Below, piece after piece: positions 12,908 through 25,480 of a stretch of DNA of 64,000 bases. This DNA is from Anaeramoeba ignava BMAN (Eukaryota; Protista; Anaeramoebae): contig JAPDFW010000102.1 in assembly GCA_028826165.1 (NCBI GenBank), positions 1 to 64,000 of the forward strand. The letters are read 5' to 3'. The translations under genes and the position numbers were made by a program. Position 1 is the stretch's first letter. The number at the start of each line of letters is the position of its first letter. The notes under the pieces were generated by a model that saw nothing but the letters and a program-made list of their open reading frames with translations, was not told the DNA's origin and did no database searches.

Positions 12908-15900
12908 ATGAATTCTGAAGAACAAAAAGTTGGAATTGAAACAAAATTATTTTCAGGAATAAAAAAAGGAGATATTAAAGATATTCCAGCTCATTGTGTT
13001 CCAAGAACTTGTATTGCAAAAATAACATTACTTGGTTAATAATAATAATAAATAAAAATAAGAAAAAAATTTTAAATTAAAATTAAATTAAAAAAATAAA
13101 AATAGAAATTTTTTTAAATGAAGAATTTGATTTTCCTTCACCTTTAGAATTATCATTAAGTATTGATTCAGGAAAGAGTAAACTTTCAACTGGAGCAATT
13201 CATATTCCAATTAAACAAGAAGAAGAAAATGAATCAAAAAATCAAAAACAAAATAAAAATACAAAAACAACAATTCAAACAATGAAACAACAAAGAAAAT
13301 CAACTCCAATAACTATAACTCCTTCAAAAAATGATAAGAAAAATATTTCTAATAAATTAGAATCTTCAAATTTAATTTTACCTTTTACAGAAAATGATTC
13401 TCAACTTATTTATCAACTTGCTTATGTTTTTTCTTTTCGTTATTTACACAATTTAAAAGTAAAATTATTTATTAATTAATTTATTAATTTATTAATTAAT
13501 TTAATTTTTTAATATTTTTTAGTATTCAGATAATATATTAAATATTCATCTTCAAAGAACAAAAAAAAGAGGAAAGAAAAAATCAACAATTGGTATTGGT
13601 AAAATAAATCTTGCAGATGTTGTAATTATCAAATTTATTTTAAAATAGAAATTTATCAAATTTATTTTAAAAACAGAAATTTATCAAATTTATTTTAAAA
13701 ACAGAAATTTATCAAAATTATTTTAAAAACAGAAATTTATCAAATTTATTTTAAAAACAAAAATTTATCAAAATTTATTTTAAAAACAGAAATTTATCAA
13801 ATTTATTTTAAAAACAGAAATTTATTAAATTTATTTTAAAAACAGAAATTTATCAAAATTTATTTAAAAACAGAAAATTATCAAAATTTATTTTAAAAAC
13901 AGAAATTTATCAAAATTTATTTTAAAAACAGAAATTTATCAAATTTATTTTAAAAACAGAAATTTATTAAAATTTATTTTAAAAACAGAAATTTATCAAA
14001 ACTATTTTAAAAACAGAAAATTATCAAAATTATTTTAAAAATAGAAATTTATTAAATTTATTTTAAAAACAGAAATTTATCAAATTTATTTTAAAACAAA
14101 AATTTATCAAAATTTATTTTAAAAACAGAAATTTATCAAAACTATTTTAAAAACAGAAAATTATCAAAATTATTTTAAAAATAGAAATTTATTAAATTTA
14201 TTTTAAAAACAGAAATTTATCAAAATTTATTTTAAAACAGAAATTTATCAAAATTATTTAAAAAACAGAAATTTATCAAAATTATTTAAAAACAAAAATT
14301 TATCAAAATTATTTAAAAACAGAAAATTATCAAAATTATTTAAAAACAGAAACTTATCAAAATTATTTAAAAACAGAAACTTATCAAAATTATTTTAAAA
14401 CAGAAATTTATCAAAATTTATTTCAAAAACAGAAATTTATCAAAATTTATTTTAAAAACAGAAAATTTATTAAATTTATTTAAAAACAGAAACTTATCAA
14501 AATTATTTTAAAAACAGAAATTTATCAAATTTATTTTAAAAACAGAAATTTATCAAAATTTATTTTAAAACAAAAATTGATTAAATTTATTTTTTAAAAA
14601 TTTATTAAAATTAGTTACAAATGACTTTCGATTCATCACTAAAATTAATAGAACCAAATACAAATAATTTAAGAGCTAAAATTAATATTCGTGTAGTAAC
14701 AATACCTTTAAAAATTGGAGCATTATTAAATATTCAAAATGAAGAAGTTAATGATATTGATGGAGAAGATTTTGAAGAAAAAGATAAACAGTAAAAAAAA
14801 ATATTTTAAATATTTTAAATATTTTAAAAATTAATAAATTAATAAATTAATAAATTAATAAATTATTATTTAGTTCTTCTGATTCAGATGATTTACAATA
14901 TCTTATTGAAGGTCCAGAATTAACACAAATTGAACCAAAACAAAAAAAGAAAAGATTTGGAAAATTAAGAAATAAACTTAAATTTGGAGCAAGATTTAGA
15001 AAAGGAATTAAAAAGAAAGGAGGAAAACAAGAAAATGAAATTATTTCAATTCAAAATCAAAATCAAAATCAAAATCAATCAAATAATGATTTAAATCAAA
15101 TGATAAAAGAAGAAGATTCAAGTGATAAAGAAATAATAAATTTGACAAAAATCTTGAACAAGAAAAACAAGGAAATGAATCAACTGAAAAAATAGAACAA
15201 GAATCACAATCAGAAACACCTATAAAATTTATGAATGAAGAAAATAAATCACTTAAATCTAGTTTAAAAAAATCAAATTCAGCAAATTCTTATCCTTTAA
15301 GTAAATTGATTTTATTGAATTTTAAATTTGAAATTGAAAACAAGTTGGATTTATTAATTTATTATTTTTGTTGGTTCTTTTTATTTATAAATTAATAATC
15401 AATTTTTAGTTTCTTTTTGAAAGTGTAACAAGAACATTACAAAATTTATTTAATTCATCAAAAACAGTGGAAAATATATTCCTTTTAAAAGCAGGAAAAA
15501 GAAGAACTCAAAAATTATTACCATGGATTAATTTATCATCTCTTCAAGGAAAATTAATTTGGATTCAAAATTTTTTAGATATTCAACAAACATTTTCAAC
15601 AGTTGTAAAATATCAACAAAAAATTAAAACAAATAGAACTCCTTTTAAAATTGTTGTTCTTGGATCTGATGTTTTTATAACAGAAATTTTACGTTCATAT
15701 GTTGATATTTTATCAAAAACTCAAAAACCACTTGAATTAATAAAATTTTATATTTTACCAATAGGTAGATTTAAAATTATTTATAAAATTAAATATATAA
15801 TTATTTATAAAATTAAATATAAAATTATATATAAAATTAAATATAAAATTAAATATAAAATTAAATATAAAATTATTTATAAAATTATTTATAAAATTAT

Positions 15901-18307
15901 TTATAAAATTATTTATAAAATTATTTATAAAATTAAATATAAAATTATTAATAAAATTAAATATAAAATTATTTATAAAATTATTTATAAAATTATTTAT
16001 AAAATTATTTATAAAATTAATTATAAAATTATTTATAAAATTATATATAAAATTATATATAAAATTAAATATAAAATTAAATATAAAATTATTTATAAAA
16101 TTAATTATAAAATTATTAATAAAATTATTTATAAAATTAATTATAAAATTAAATATAAAATTAATTATAAAATTATTTATAAAATTATTTATAAAATTAT
16201 TAATAAAATTATTTATAAAATTAATTATAAAATTATTAATAAAATTATTTATAAAATTATTTATAAAAATTAATTATAAAATTAATTATAAAATTATTAA
16301 TAAAATTATTTATAAAATTATATATAAACTTATTTAATAAAATTATTTTATAAAATTATTTATTAAATTATTTATAAAATTAAATATAAAAATTATTTAT
16401 AAAATTAAATATAAAATTATTTATAAAATTATTTATAAAATTAATTATAAAATTAATTATAAAATTATTTATAAAATTATTTATAAAATTAATTATAAAA
16501 TTATTTATAAAATTAATTATAAAATTAATTATAAAATTATTTATAAAATTAAATATAAAATTAAATATAAAATTATTTATAAAATTAAATATAAAATTAT
16601 TTATAAAATTAAATATAAAATTAAATATAAAATTATTTATTAAATTAAATATAAAATTAATTATAAATTATTTATAAAATTAAATATAAAATTATATATA
16701 AAATTATTTATAAAATTAAATATAAAATTAAATATAAAATTATTTATAAAATTAAATAAAAATTGTTTATAAAATTATTTATAAAATTATTTATAAAATT
16801 ATTTATAAAATTAAATATAAAATTATATATAAAATTATTTAAAAATTATTTATAAAATTAAATATAAAATTATTTATAAAATTATATATAAAATTAAATA
16901 TAAAATTAATTATAAAATTAAATATAAAATTATTTATAAAATTAAATATAAAATTATTTATAAAATTAATTATAAATTATTTATTAAATTATTTATTAAA
17001 TTATTTATAAAATTATTTATAAAATTATTTATAAAATTAAATATAAAATTATTTATAAAATTATTTATAAAATTAATTATAAAATTAAATATAAAAATTA
17101 AATATAAAATTAATTATAAAATTATTTATAAAATTAATTATAAAATTAAATATAAAATTAAATTTAAAATTATTTATAAAATTAAATATAAAATTATTTA
17201 TAAAATTATTTATAAAATTAAATATAAAATTATTTATAAAATTAATTATAAAATTATATATAAAATTAAATATAAAATTATTTATAAAATTATTTATAAA
17301 ATTATTTATAAAATTATTTATAAAATTATTTATAAAATTATTTATAAAATTATTTATAAAATTATTTATAAAATTATTTATAAAATTATTTATAAAATTA
17401 TATATAAAATTATATATAAAATTATTTATAAAATTATTTATAAAATCAAAATTAAAAAAGGCAAGAAAATTGATATTGCACTTCATATTGCATCATTAGA
17501 TTCACAATATAGAACTTTATTTATTCATAGTAATTGGAAAAATTTATTTGATGAACAAGAAAAATTTACAAATCAAGAAATAGAATTTATTGTTTCATCA
17601 ATGGATAAATATATATATGGAGGAAAATATACAACATTATTAAATATTAATGAAGCATTTTTAACAATAAAAGGAGAAGATTCTGATTCATTAATAATTC
17701 AAAAAACAATTCCATTTCTTAAATCAATGAAAATTGGTGAACAAAAAGATTTTGAAAAACAAAATGAACATGTTTCAGAACCTCCTAGAGTTAGTCTTGA
17801 TTATTGGGTTAGACATCAAAAAGATAAAAAAGAAATAAAAGAGAAAGATGAAAAGAAAAAAGAATCCAAAAAAGAAAGAAAAGATAAAAAAGTAAAATTA
17901 AAATAAAAATAAAAAAAGTGGAACAAAATTTATTTTATTTATTAATTCTTAATTTATTTTAGATAACAAAACATGTTACTTTGGAATTTGTTGTTGCTAC
18001 TCCTTTAAGAACTATTGCACTTGCATTAAAATTAGATCAAAATGAATTACCAATTTCAGGAGAAAGTTTTTCTTTATTAACAGTTTATACAGATAAAAAA
18101 AGAAATTTATCAAGTAAAAAAGAAACAAAATATCAAAGAAGAGCTTTACAAATTTCAAAATTATTAGCAAAAACACTTGATAATAAAAAAGGATTTGTTG
18201 TTAATATTGATAGTATTGATTGGACTGGAGTTTCTTTAATAACAATTAGACCTCAATGGAATTCTCAAACTAAATATTTTCCTTTAGCAGTTTTTAATAA
18301 AGTGTAA
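12908..18307 (+). CDS. PACS: Phosphofurin acidic cluster sorting protein (PACS family)
   Basis: CVPR; FSFRYLHNLK/YSDNILNIHLQR..IGIGKINLADV/LQ (furin-binding-region-like); KIVVLGSDVFITEILRSYVDIL..KFYILPIG; IASLDSQY; C-terminal IDSIDW...QW..KYFPLAVF. Seven GT-AG introns. Confidence 0.82.
13622..14614 (+). repeat. Intron composed of a ~27-nt minisatellite (AAATTTATCAAATTTATTTTAAAAACAG), roughly 35 copies
   Basis: Tandem units visible directly; GT at 13622, AG at 14613-14614; splicing restores the PACS frame. Confidence 0.88.
15765..17460 (+). repeat. 1.7-kb intron composed of a 12-nt (ATAAAATTATTT-type) minisatellite
   Basis: GT at 15765, AAG at 17458-17460; splicing joins LPIG to KKIDIALHIASLD. 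Confidence 0.88.
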
Positions 18308-18718
18308 TTTTGAAAAAAAAAGAAAAAAACCGAAAAGAAAATAATTTTTTTTTTTGTTTTTTTTTTTTTTTGAATTGATAAATTTAATTAAAAAAAAGTG
18401 GAACAAAAATGAAAAAATTTTAATTTTTTTTTTCTCTTTTTTTTGAATTTATTTTTAGTTATTTTCCTCAAATTTCTTTTTTTAAATTCAAAAAAAAGAA
18501 AAAACGAAAAGAAAAATCGAAAAGAAAAACAAATCAAATCAAATCAAAATGAAAAAAAAAAATAATTTTGAAGAAGTGGAATAATATAAAAAGCTCTCAA
18601 AAAAAGAAAATCAAAAATCAAAAATGAAAAATGAAAAATGAAAAATGAAAATGAGGAAAATTTGAAATGAAAAATGAAAAAATAGAAAAAGAAATGAAAA
18701 AAAAATTTGATTTGGAAT

Positions 18719-20375
18719 TTAATCCAATTTCATAAAGGACATCATATAGGTAAATAAACTTAAATCCAAAGTAACTTTTCCATCATGATCTAAAACAAAA
18801 CAAAACAAAAAAAAAAAAGGAAATTAATTTTCAAAAAAAAATGCCAGAAAACAAAAACAAACCTTGATCAAACCAAATGAAGATGTTTTTGGATTGTTGT
18901 AATAAAATGCAAAGAGAAATAAAAGCATCATATGCTACGTGTTTTCCATTTTTACCAAATTTACCCATTAAAACTTCAACTGTTTCTTTTGAAAGGTTAT
19001 TATATCCTGCATGTTGTAAAGCTGGAATTAATTCATCCATTTCAAGAGTTCCATTTCCATCTAAATCAATCTTTTCAAAAGCAGTTCTCATCACTTTTTA
19101 TTTTTATTTTTTTAATTTCAAAATTGTTTTTATTTTTAATTTCAATTTCAAAATTGTTTTTATTTTTATTTTTATTTTTATTTTCAAATACTTCTTAAGA
19201 ATTGGAAAAGTTGTTTAAATTCTTGGAAATTGATCTAAATAATAAAAACAAAATTTTTAAAATTTTTAAATTAAATGTTTTGTTTTTTTTTTTTTAAAAT
19301 TGTTTTTTTTACTCCTCCTTTTTTTTGGAAATCAAAAAGTTTAATTAATTTTGAACAAGTCTCATAAGTGAATTTTTCTGAAGATAATTCTAAAGCTTTC
19401 TTTAATTCTTCAGCTTCGATTGTTCCAGATCTTGATAAAAAAAGAAATAAATAAAAAGAAATGAAAAAAGGAAATGAATTAAAAAAAGAAATGAATTAAA
19501 AAAAGAAATGAATAAATAAAAAGAAATTAATTAAAAAAGGGATGAATTAAAAAAGGGGGATTTTTTTGTTTTTGTTTTTGTTTTTGTTTTTGTTTTTGTT
19601 TACTTATCAACATCAACCTAAAAAAGAATAAAAAAATAAATTAATAAATTATTTATTATTATTATTATTTATTATTATATTATTATTTATTATTATTATT
19701 TATTATTATTATTTATTATTATTAAATTAATTTTATATTATTTATTATTATTATTTATTATTATTATTTATTATTTGTTATTTTATTATTATTATTTTAT
19801 TATTTATTATTATTATTTATTATTTATTATTTATTATTATTATTATTTATTATTATTTAATTATTATTATTATTATTATTTATTATTTATTATTTATTAT
19901 TATTTATTATTTATTATTATTAAATTATTTTATTATTTATTATTTATTAATGGTTATTTGTATTGTATTTAATTATTATTATTATTTTCAAATTAAAAAA
20001 AGGAAAAAAAAAGAAAAAAGAAAAAAGAAAAAAGAAAAAAAAACGAACTTGTTGGAACCAAGTCATTAATTGCATATTAAGTTGCATTTGTTGCTGTTGT
20101 TGTTGGAAATAGACTTGTTGTTGTTGCTGTTGTTGTTGTTGCTGTTGTTGTTGGTACTGGAAATATTGTTGGTATTGCTGCTGATTGTAGTTTTGGTGTT
20201 GATATCCATATTGGTTCTGTTGCTGTGGTGAGAACTGCTGTTGCTGATACTGATACTGTTGATACTGTGGTTGATTGAATTGTTGTACCATCCGTGTTTG
20301 TGTTGTGTTCGTTGTTGTGTTCGTTGTTGTGTTAGGTGTTGTCTTTTGAAACATTCTTTGTTGGAATGGATACAT
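18719..20375 (-). CDS. Penta-EF-hand Ca2+-binding protein (ALG-2/peflin family) with Q-rich N-terminus
   Basis: Spliced product: LMTWFQQ/VDVDK/SGTIEAEELKKAL..FTYETCSKLIKLFD..GG/INFQEFKQLFQFL/MMRTAFEKIDLDGNGTLEMDEL..FISLCILLQ..FDQ/DHDGKVTLD. Six exons, including a 14-nt exon at 19604-19617. Confidence 0.9.
19618..20048 (-). repeat. Intron filled with ATT/TTAT microsatellite
   Basis: First intron of the penta-EF-hand gene; (TTA)n-like array at ~19640-19985. Confidence 0.75.
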
Positions 20376-20544
20376 TTTTTTGTTTTCAAAAATCCCAAAA
20401 AAAAAAAAATAAAATAAATTTAAAAAAAATAAAAGAAAAAGAAAAAGAAAAAGAAAAAAATGAAATTAAATTTTTTTTATTTTTTTTAATTATTAAAAGT
20501 GAGAAAAGATGACTAAAAATTATTTTTCCTTTTTTTTTCTTTAA

Positions 20545-21635
20545 TTTTCCCTATTTTATTTAAATCTATTTTTTATAAATAATTTTAATAATAATTAATT
20601 AATTAAAATAATAAAAATCAATTATTCACTTTATTTAATAATTAATTCAAATTTAAATTTAAATAATTTATATTGAAAAAATTTAAAATAAATTAAATTA
20701 ATATTTTATATCTATTTTATATAAATAAATTTAATAACAATTAATAAATAAAATAATAAAAATTAATTATTTACTTTATTTATAATTAATCCAAATTTAA
20801 ATTTAATTAATTTATATTGAAAAATTTAAAATAAATTAAATTAATATTTTAAATCTATTTTTATAAATAATTTTAATAATAATAAATTAATTAAAATAAT
20901 AAAATCAATTATTCACTTTATTTAATAATTAATTCAAATTTTAATTTAAATAATTTATATTGAAAAAATTTAAAATAAATTAAATTAATATTTTAGATCT
21001 ATTTTATATAAATAATTTTAATAACAATAAATAAATAAAAATAATAAAAATCAATTATTTACTTTATTTAATAATTAATTCAAATTTTAATTTAAATAAT
21101 TTATATTGAAAAAATTTAAAATAAATTAAATTAATATTTTAAATCTATTTTTATCAATAAATTTAATAATAATTAATAAATAAAAATAATAAAATCAATT
21201 ATTCACTTTATTTAATAATTAATCTAAATTTAAATTTAATTAATTTATATTGAAAAATTTAAAATAAATTAATCAATATTTTATATCTATTTTTATAAAT
21301 AAATTTAATAATAATTAATAAATTAAAATAATAAAAATCAATTATTTACTTTATTTAATAATTAATCTAAATTTAATTTTAATTAATTTATATTGAAAAA
21401 ATTTAAAATAAATTAAATTAATAATTTAAATCTATTTTTTATAAATAAATTTAATAACAATAAATAAATAAAAATAATAAAAATCAATTATTCACTTTAT
21501 TTAATAATTAATTCAAATTTTAATTTAAATAATTTATATTGAAAAAATTTAAAATAAATTAAATTAATATTTTAAATCTATTTTTTATAAATAATTTTAA
21601 TAATAATTAATTAATTAAAATAATAAAAATAAAAT
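20545..21635. repeat. Satellite array A, ~144-bp AT-rich unit, ~7.5 copies
   Basis: Anchor TCTATTT recurs at ~20566, 20711, 20854, 20998, 21144, 21286, 21431 and 21577. Confidence 0.92.
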
Positions 21636-21657
21636 CATTTCCTAAAAATTTTTTTTC

Positions 21658-21861
21658 ATTTTTATTCCAAATTAAGGTTTCTTTTTTATTTAATTAAATT
21701 GAAAAGTTTGTTTTTTTTTTCTTTTCCAATAAAAACAAGCTTTTCTTTTTAAATTTCCTTTTTTTTTTAAAGAGGAAAATGAAACCAAAAAGAATTTTGT
21801 GTTAAGAGAAGATTTAAAAGAAAAAACTCACTTAAATCTTCATAATTGCACAAAAACATAA
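21658..21861 (+). ncRNA. Candidate stand-alone box H/ACA snoRNA (hairpin-hinge-hairpin-ACA)
   Basis: GGTTTC(21676)/GAAACC(21781) stem encloses GAAAAGTTTGTTTTT/AAAAACAAGCTTTTC; ANANNA at 21788-21793; 3' hairpin TTTTGTG/CACAAAA plus GAAGATTTAA/TTAAATCTTC around an internal loop; ACA at 21856-21858; initiator-like TTTCATTT at ~21654. Confidence 0.62.
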
Positions 21862-21899
21862 ATAAAAACATTTTTAAATAATAATTTACAAAATAATTT

Positions 21900-24200
21900 A
21901 AATTGGAATTTTATATTTATTATGATTAAAAATTTAGTAAAATATTTTAATTAAATTTTATCTTTATTTTTAATTAATATTAAATAATAATTTATAAATA
22001 ATTTAATAGTATTTTATATTTAATAAAATATTTAAAAGGAATTAATTAAATTATTTATATTTATTTTGATTAAAAATTTAATAAAATATTTTAATTAAAT
22101 TTTATCTTAATTTTTAAATAATATTTAATTATAATTTATAAATAATTTAATAGTATTTTATATTTAATAAAATATTTAAAAGGAATTAATTAAATTATTT
22201 ATATTTATTATGATTAAAAATTTAATAAAATATTTTAATTAAATTTTATATTAATTTTTAAATAATATTAAATAATAATTAATAAATAATTTAATATTAT
22301 TTTATATTTAATAAAATATTTAAAAAGGAATTTATTAAATTGTTTATATTTATTATTATTAAAAATTTAATAAAATATTTTAATTAAATTTTATCTTTAT
22401 TTTTAAATAATAATAAATAATAATTAATAAATAATTAAATAGTATTTTATATTTAATAAAATATTTAAAAGGAATTAATTAAATTATTTATATTTATTAT
22501 GATTAAAAATTTAATAAAATATTTTAATTAAATTTTTATATTAATTTTTAAATAATATTTAATAATAATTTATAAATAATTTAATAGTATTTTATATTTA
22601 ATAAAATATTTAAAAGGAATTAATTAAAATATTTATATTTATTATGATTAAAAATTTAATAAAATATTTTAATTTAAATTTTATATTTATTTTTGAATAA
22701 TAATAAATAATAATTTATAAATAATTTAAATATTATTTTATATTTAATAAAATATTTAAAAGGAATTTATTAAAATATTTATATTTATTATGATTAAAAA
22801 TTTAATAAAATATTTTAATTAAATTTTATCTTTATTTTTAAATTAATAATAAATTATAATTTATAAATAATTAAATATTATTTTATATTTAATAAAATAT
22901 TTAAAAAGGAATTAATTAAATTATTTATATTTATTTTGATTAAAAATTTAATAAAATATTTTAATTAAATTTTATCTTAATTTTTAAATAATATTTAATT
23001 ATAATTTATAAATAATTTAATATTATTTTATATTTAATAAAATATTTAAAAGGAATTAATTAAAATATTTATATTTATTATTATTAAAAATTTAATAAAA
23101 TATTTTAATTAAATTTTATATTAATTTTTAAATAATATTTAATAAGAATTTATAAATAATTTAATATTATTTTATATTTAATAAAATATTTAAAAGGAAT
23201 TTATTAAAATATTTATATTTATTATTATTAAAAATTTAATAAAATATTTTAATTAAATTTTATATTAATTTTTAAATAATAATAAATAATAATTTATAAA
23301 TAATTAAATAGTATTTTATATTTAATAAAAATATTTAAAAGGAATTTATTAAATTATTTATATTTATTATTATTAAAAATTTAATAAAATATTTTAATTA
23401 AATTTTATCTTTATTTTTAAATAATATTTAATTATAATTTATAAATAATTTAATATTATTTTATATTTAATAAAAATATTTAAAAGGAATTAATTAAATT
23501 GTTTTATATTTATTATTATTAAAAATTTAATAAAATATTTTAATTAAATTTTATCTTTATTTTTAAATAATATTTAATAATAATTTATAAATAATTTAAT
23601 ATTATTTTATATTTAATAAAATATTTAAAAGGAATTAATTAAATTATTTATATTTATTTTGATTAAAAATTTAATAAAAATATTTTAATTAAATTTTATC
23701 TTAATTTTTAAATAATAATAAATAATAATTTATAAATAATTTAATATTATTTTATATTTAATAAAATATTTAAAAGGAATTAATTAAATTATTTATATTT
23801 ATTATGATTAAAAATTTAATAAAATATTTTAATTAAATTTTATATTAATTTTTTGAATAATAATAAATAATAATTTATAAATAATTTAATAGTATTTTAT
23901 ATTTAATAAAATATTTAAAAGGAATTTATTAAATTATTTATATTTATTATTATTAAAAATTTAATAAAATATTTTAATTAAATTTTATCTTAATTTTTAA
24001 ATAATATTAAATAATAATTAATAAATAATTTAATATTATTTTATATTTAATAAAATATTTAAAAGAAATTAATTAAATTATTTATATTTATTATGATTAA
24101 AAATTTAATAAAATATTTTAATTTAATTTTATCTTAATTTTTGAATAATATTTAATAATAATTTATAAATAATTTAATAGTATTTTGTATTTAATAAAAA
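21900..24200. repeat. Satellite array B, 144-146-bp AT-rich unit, ~16 copies
   Basis: Anchor AAGGAATT with GG at 22038, 22182, 22327, 22471, 22616, 22762, 22908, 23052, 23196, 23341, 23486, 23631, 23776 and 23921. Confidence 0.95.
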
Positions 24201-24220
24201 AAAATTATTTTTTTTTGAAT

Positions 24221-24248
24221 TTTCATTTTTCATTTTTTTCATTTTTTT
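24221..24248 (+). promoter_or_regulatory. Triple TTTCATTT initiator-like element
   Basis: tttcatttttcatttttttcattttttt ends ~14 nt upstream of the ATG at 24262. Confidence 0.6.
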
Positions 24249-24261
24249 CTTTTACCAGAAA

Positions 24262-25329
24262 ATGAATTACACTTGTTTAATTGTCATTTTAACAGGTTTA
24301 ATATCAACAATTTTTGGATGTGGATATTCAACACATTTCTACATCTCACAGCTAGCAATTGGGGAATCTGGACAATTAACACCAGAATTATACAATTTAC
24401 TTTCAACATATTCAGATATAGTACAAGTTGGATCGAGTTCACCAGATTGGGGATGGAATTTCCTTATTAAGAGATACCAAGAACGCTCGTTATTCATGCA
24501 TGAAGAAATTTTTTTAACAACATCATTTGATTATGTGAAAAAAAAGTTCTCAAATTTTAACGATGAAGAAGCAAAAAAATATTTGGCATTTTTCATTGGA
24601 CTTGGCGGACATCAAACAGCAGATCTTTACTGGCATGGATACAACGGGGATCCATTAGCATTTCTTCTTGAGGCAGCGCATAAAGATTTCAACAAAGAAA
24701 ATTTCGAAGGAATAACTGAGCAAATAGTTGAATGGGGAGTGGATCTTTTTATTTGGAGAAATCAGAAACCGACCGTTAATTTCAAATGGTGGATTCCTGC
24801 CCAAGCTGTTTCGGATATATACACACAAGCCGGCGGTCCTGATGTTTCTCCAACAGAATTTGTGCTTGGAATGGATCTTTTAAAAGCGATTATTTTACTT
24901 CTTAAAACCCTTAATTGGTTCGGTGATGAACTCGGCAAAATTATCGAGCCATGGACCCATGATAACTACATGACCTATGCGCCAGGCGGTATAAATCACT
25001 GCGCAGAAATGTCTGTTCCTTATTATTCTGATGCTTGGCTTTATCTTAATGATAAACAATCAGATTTATCTTCTTTTTTTGCCAAGCCAAAAATTGAATC
25101 CGTTTTTGATCAAGATTTCGAATTTTTTGAAAATGTTATTCCTGCTGCTCAAGAATTGATTGATAATGGTATCCTTGTTATAGACCATACTGATCTTGGT
25201 GATGGTGTTGTTGTTACTGAATCCCCTCATATTCCTGATTTGTCAAAATTCCTCGGTTTGTTAACTCGTTATTTCGGAATTGAAATTTTGCAGAAGCTTT
25301 CTTATGAAGCTCTTCGTGATTTTCTTTAA
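24262..25329 (+). CDS. Secreted zinc-dependent phospholipase C / GPI-PLD catalytic-domain-like protein
   Basis: Hydrophobic signal peptide then CGYSTH (compare GPI-PLD CGLSTH), GSSSPDWG, FFIGLGGHQTADLYWH (compare FLFGITSHMAADVSWH). Intronless and visibly more GC-rich than its neighbours. Confidence 0.75.
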   Translation: MNYTCLIVILTGLISTIFGCGYSTHFYISQLAIGESGQLTPELYNLLSTYSDIVQVGSSSPDWGWNFLIKRYQERSLFMHEEIFLTTSFDYVKKKFSNFNDEEAKKYLAFFIGLGGHQTADLYWHGYNGDPLAFLLEAAHKDFNKENFEGITEQIVEWGVDLFIWRNQKPTVNFKWWIPAQAVSDIYTQAGGPDVSPTEFVLGMDLLKAIILLLKTLNWFGDELGKIIEPWTHDNYMTYAPGGINHCAEMSVPYYSDAWLYLNDKQSDLSSFFAKPKIESVFDQDFEFFENVIPAAQELIDNGILVIDHTDLGDGVVVTESPHIPDLSKFLGLLTRYFGIEILQKLSYEALRDFL

Positions 25330-25480
25330 TTTTTCGTTTTGATTTCTTTTCCAATTCAATTTGATTTTTAATTCAAATTTCTTTTTCAATTCAATTTTGA
25401 TTTCCATGTTGAATGGAAATAAAAACAAATGATTCACAAAATTCATTTTAAAATTTTTTTGGTTTAGATTTATTTAAAAT

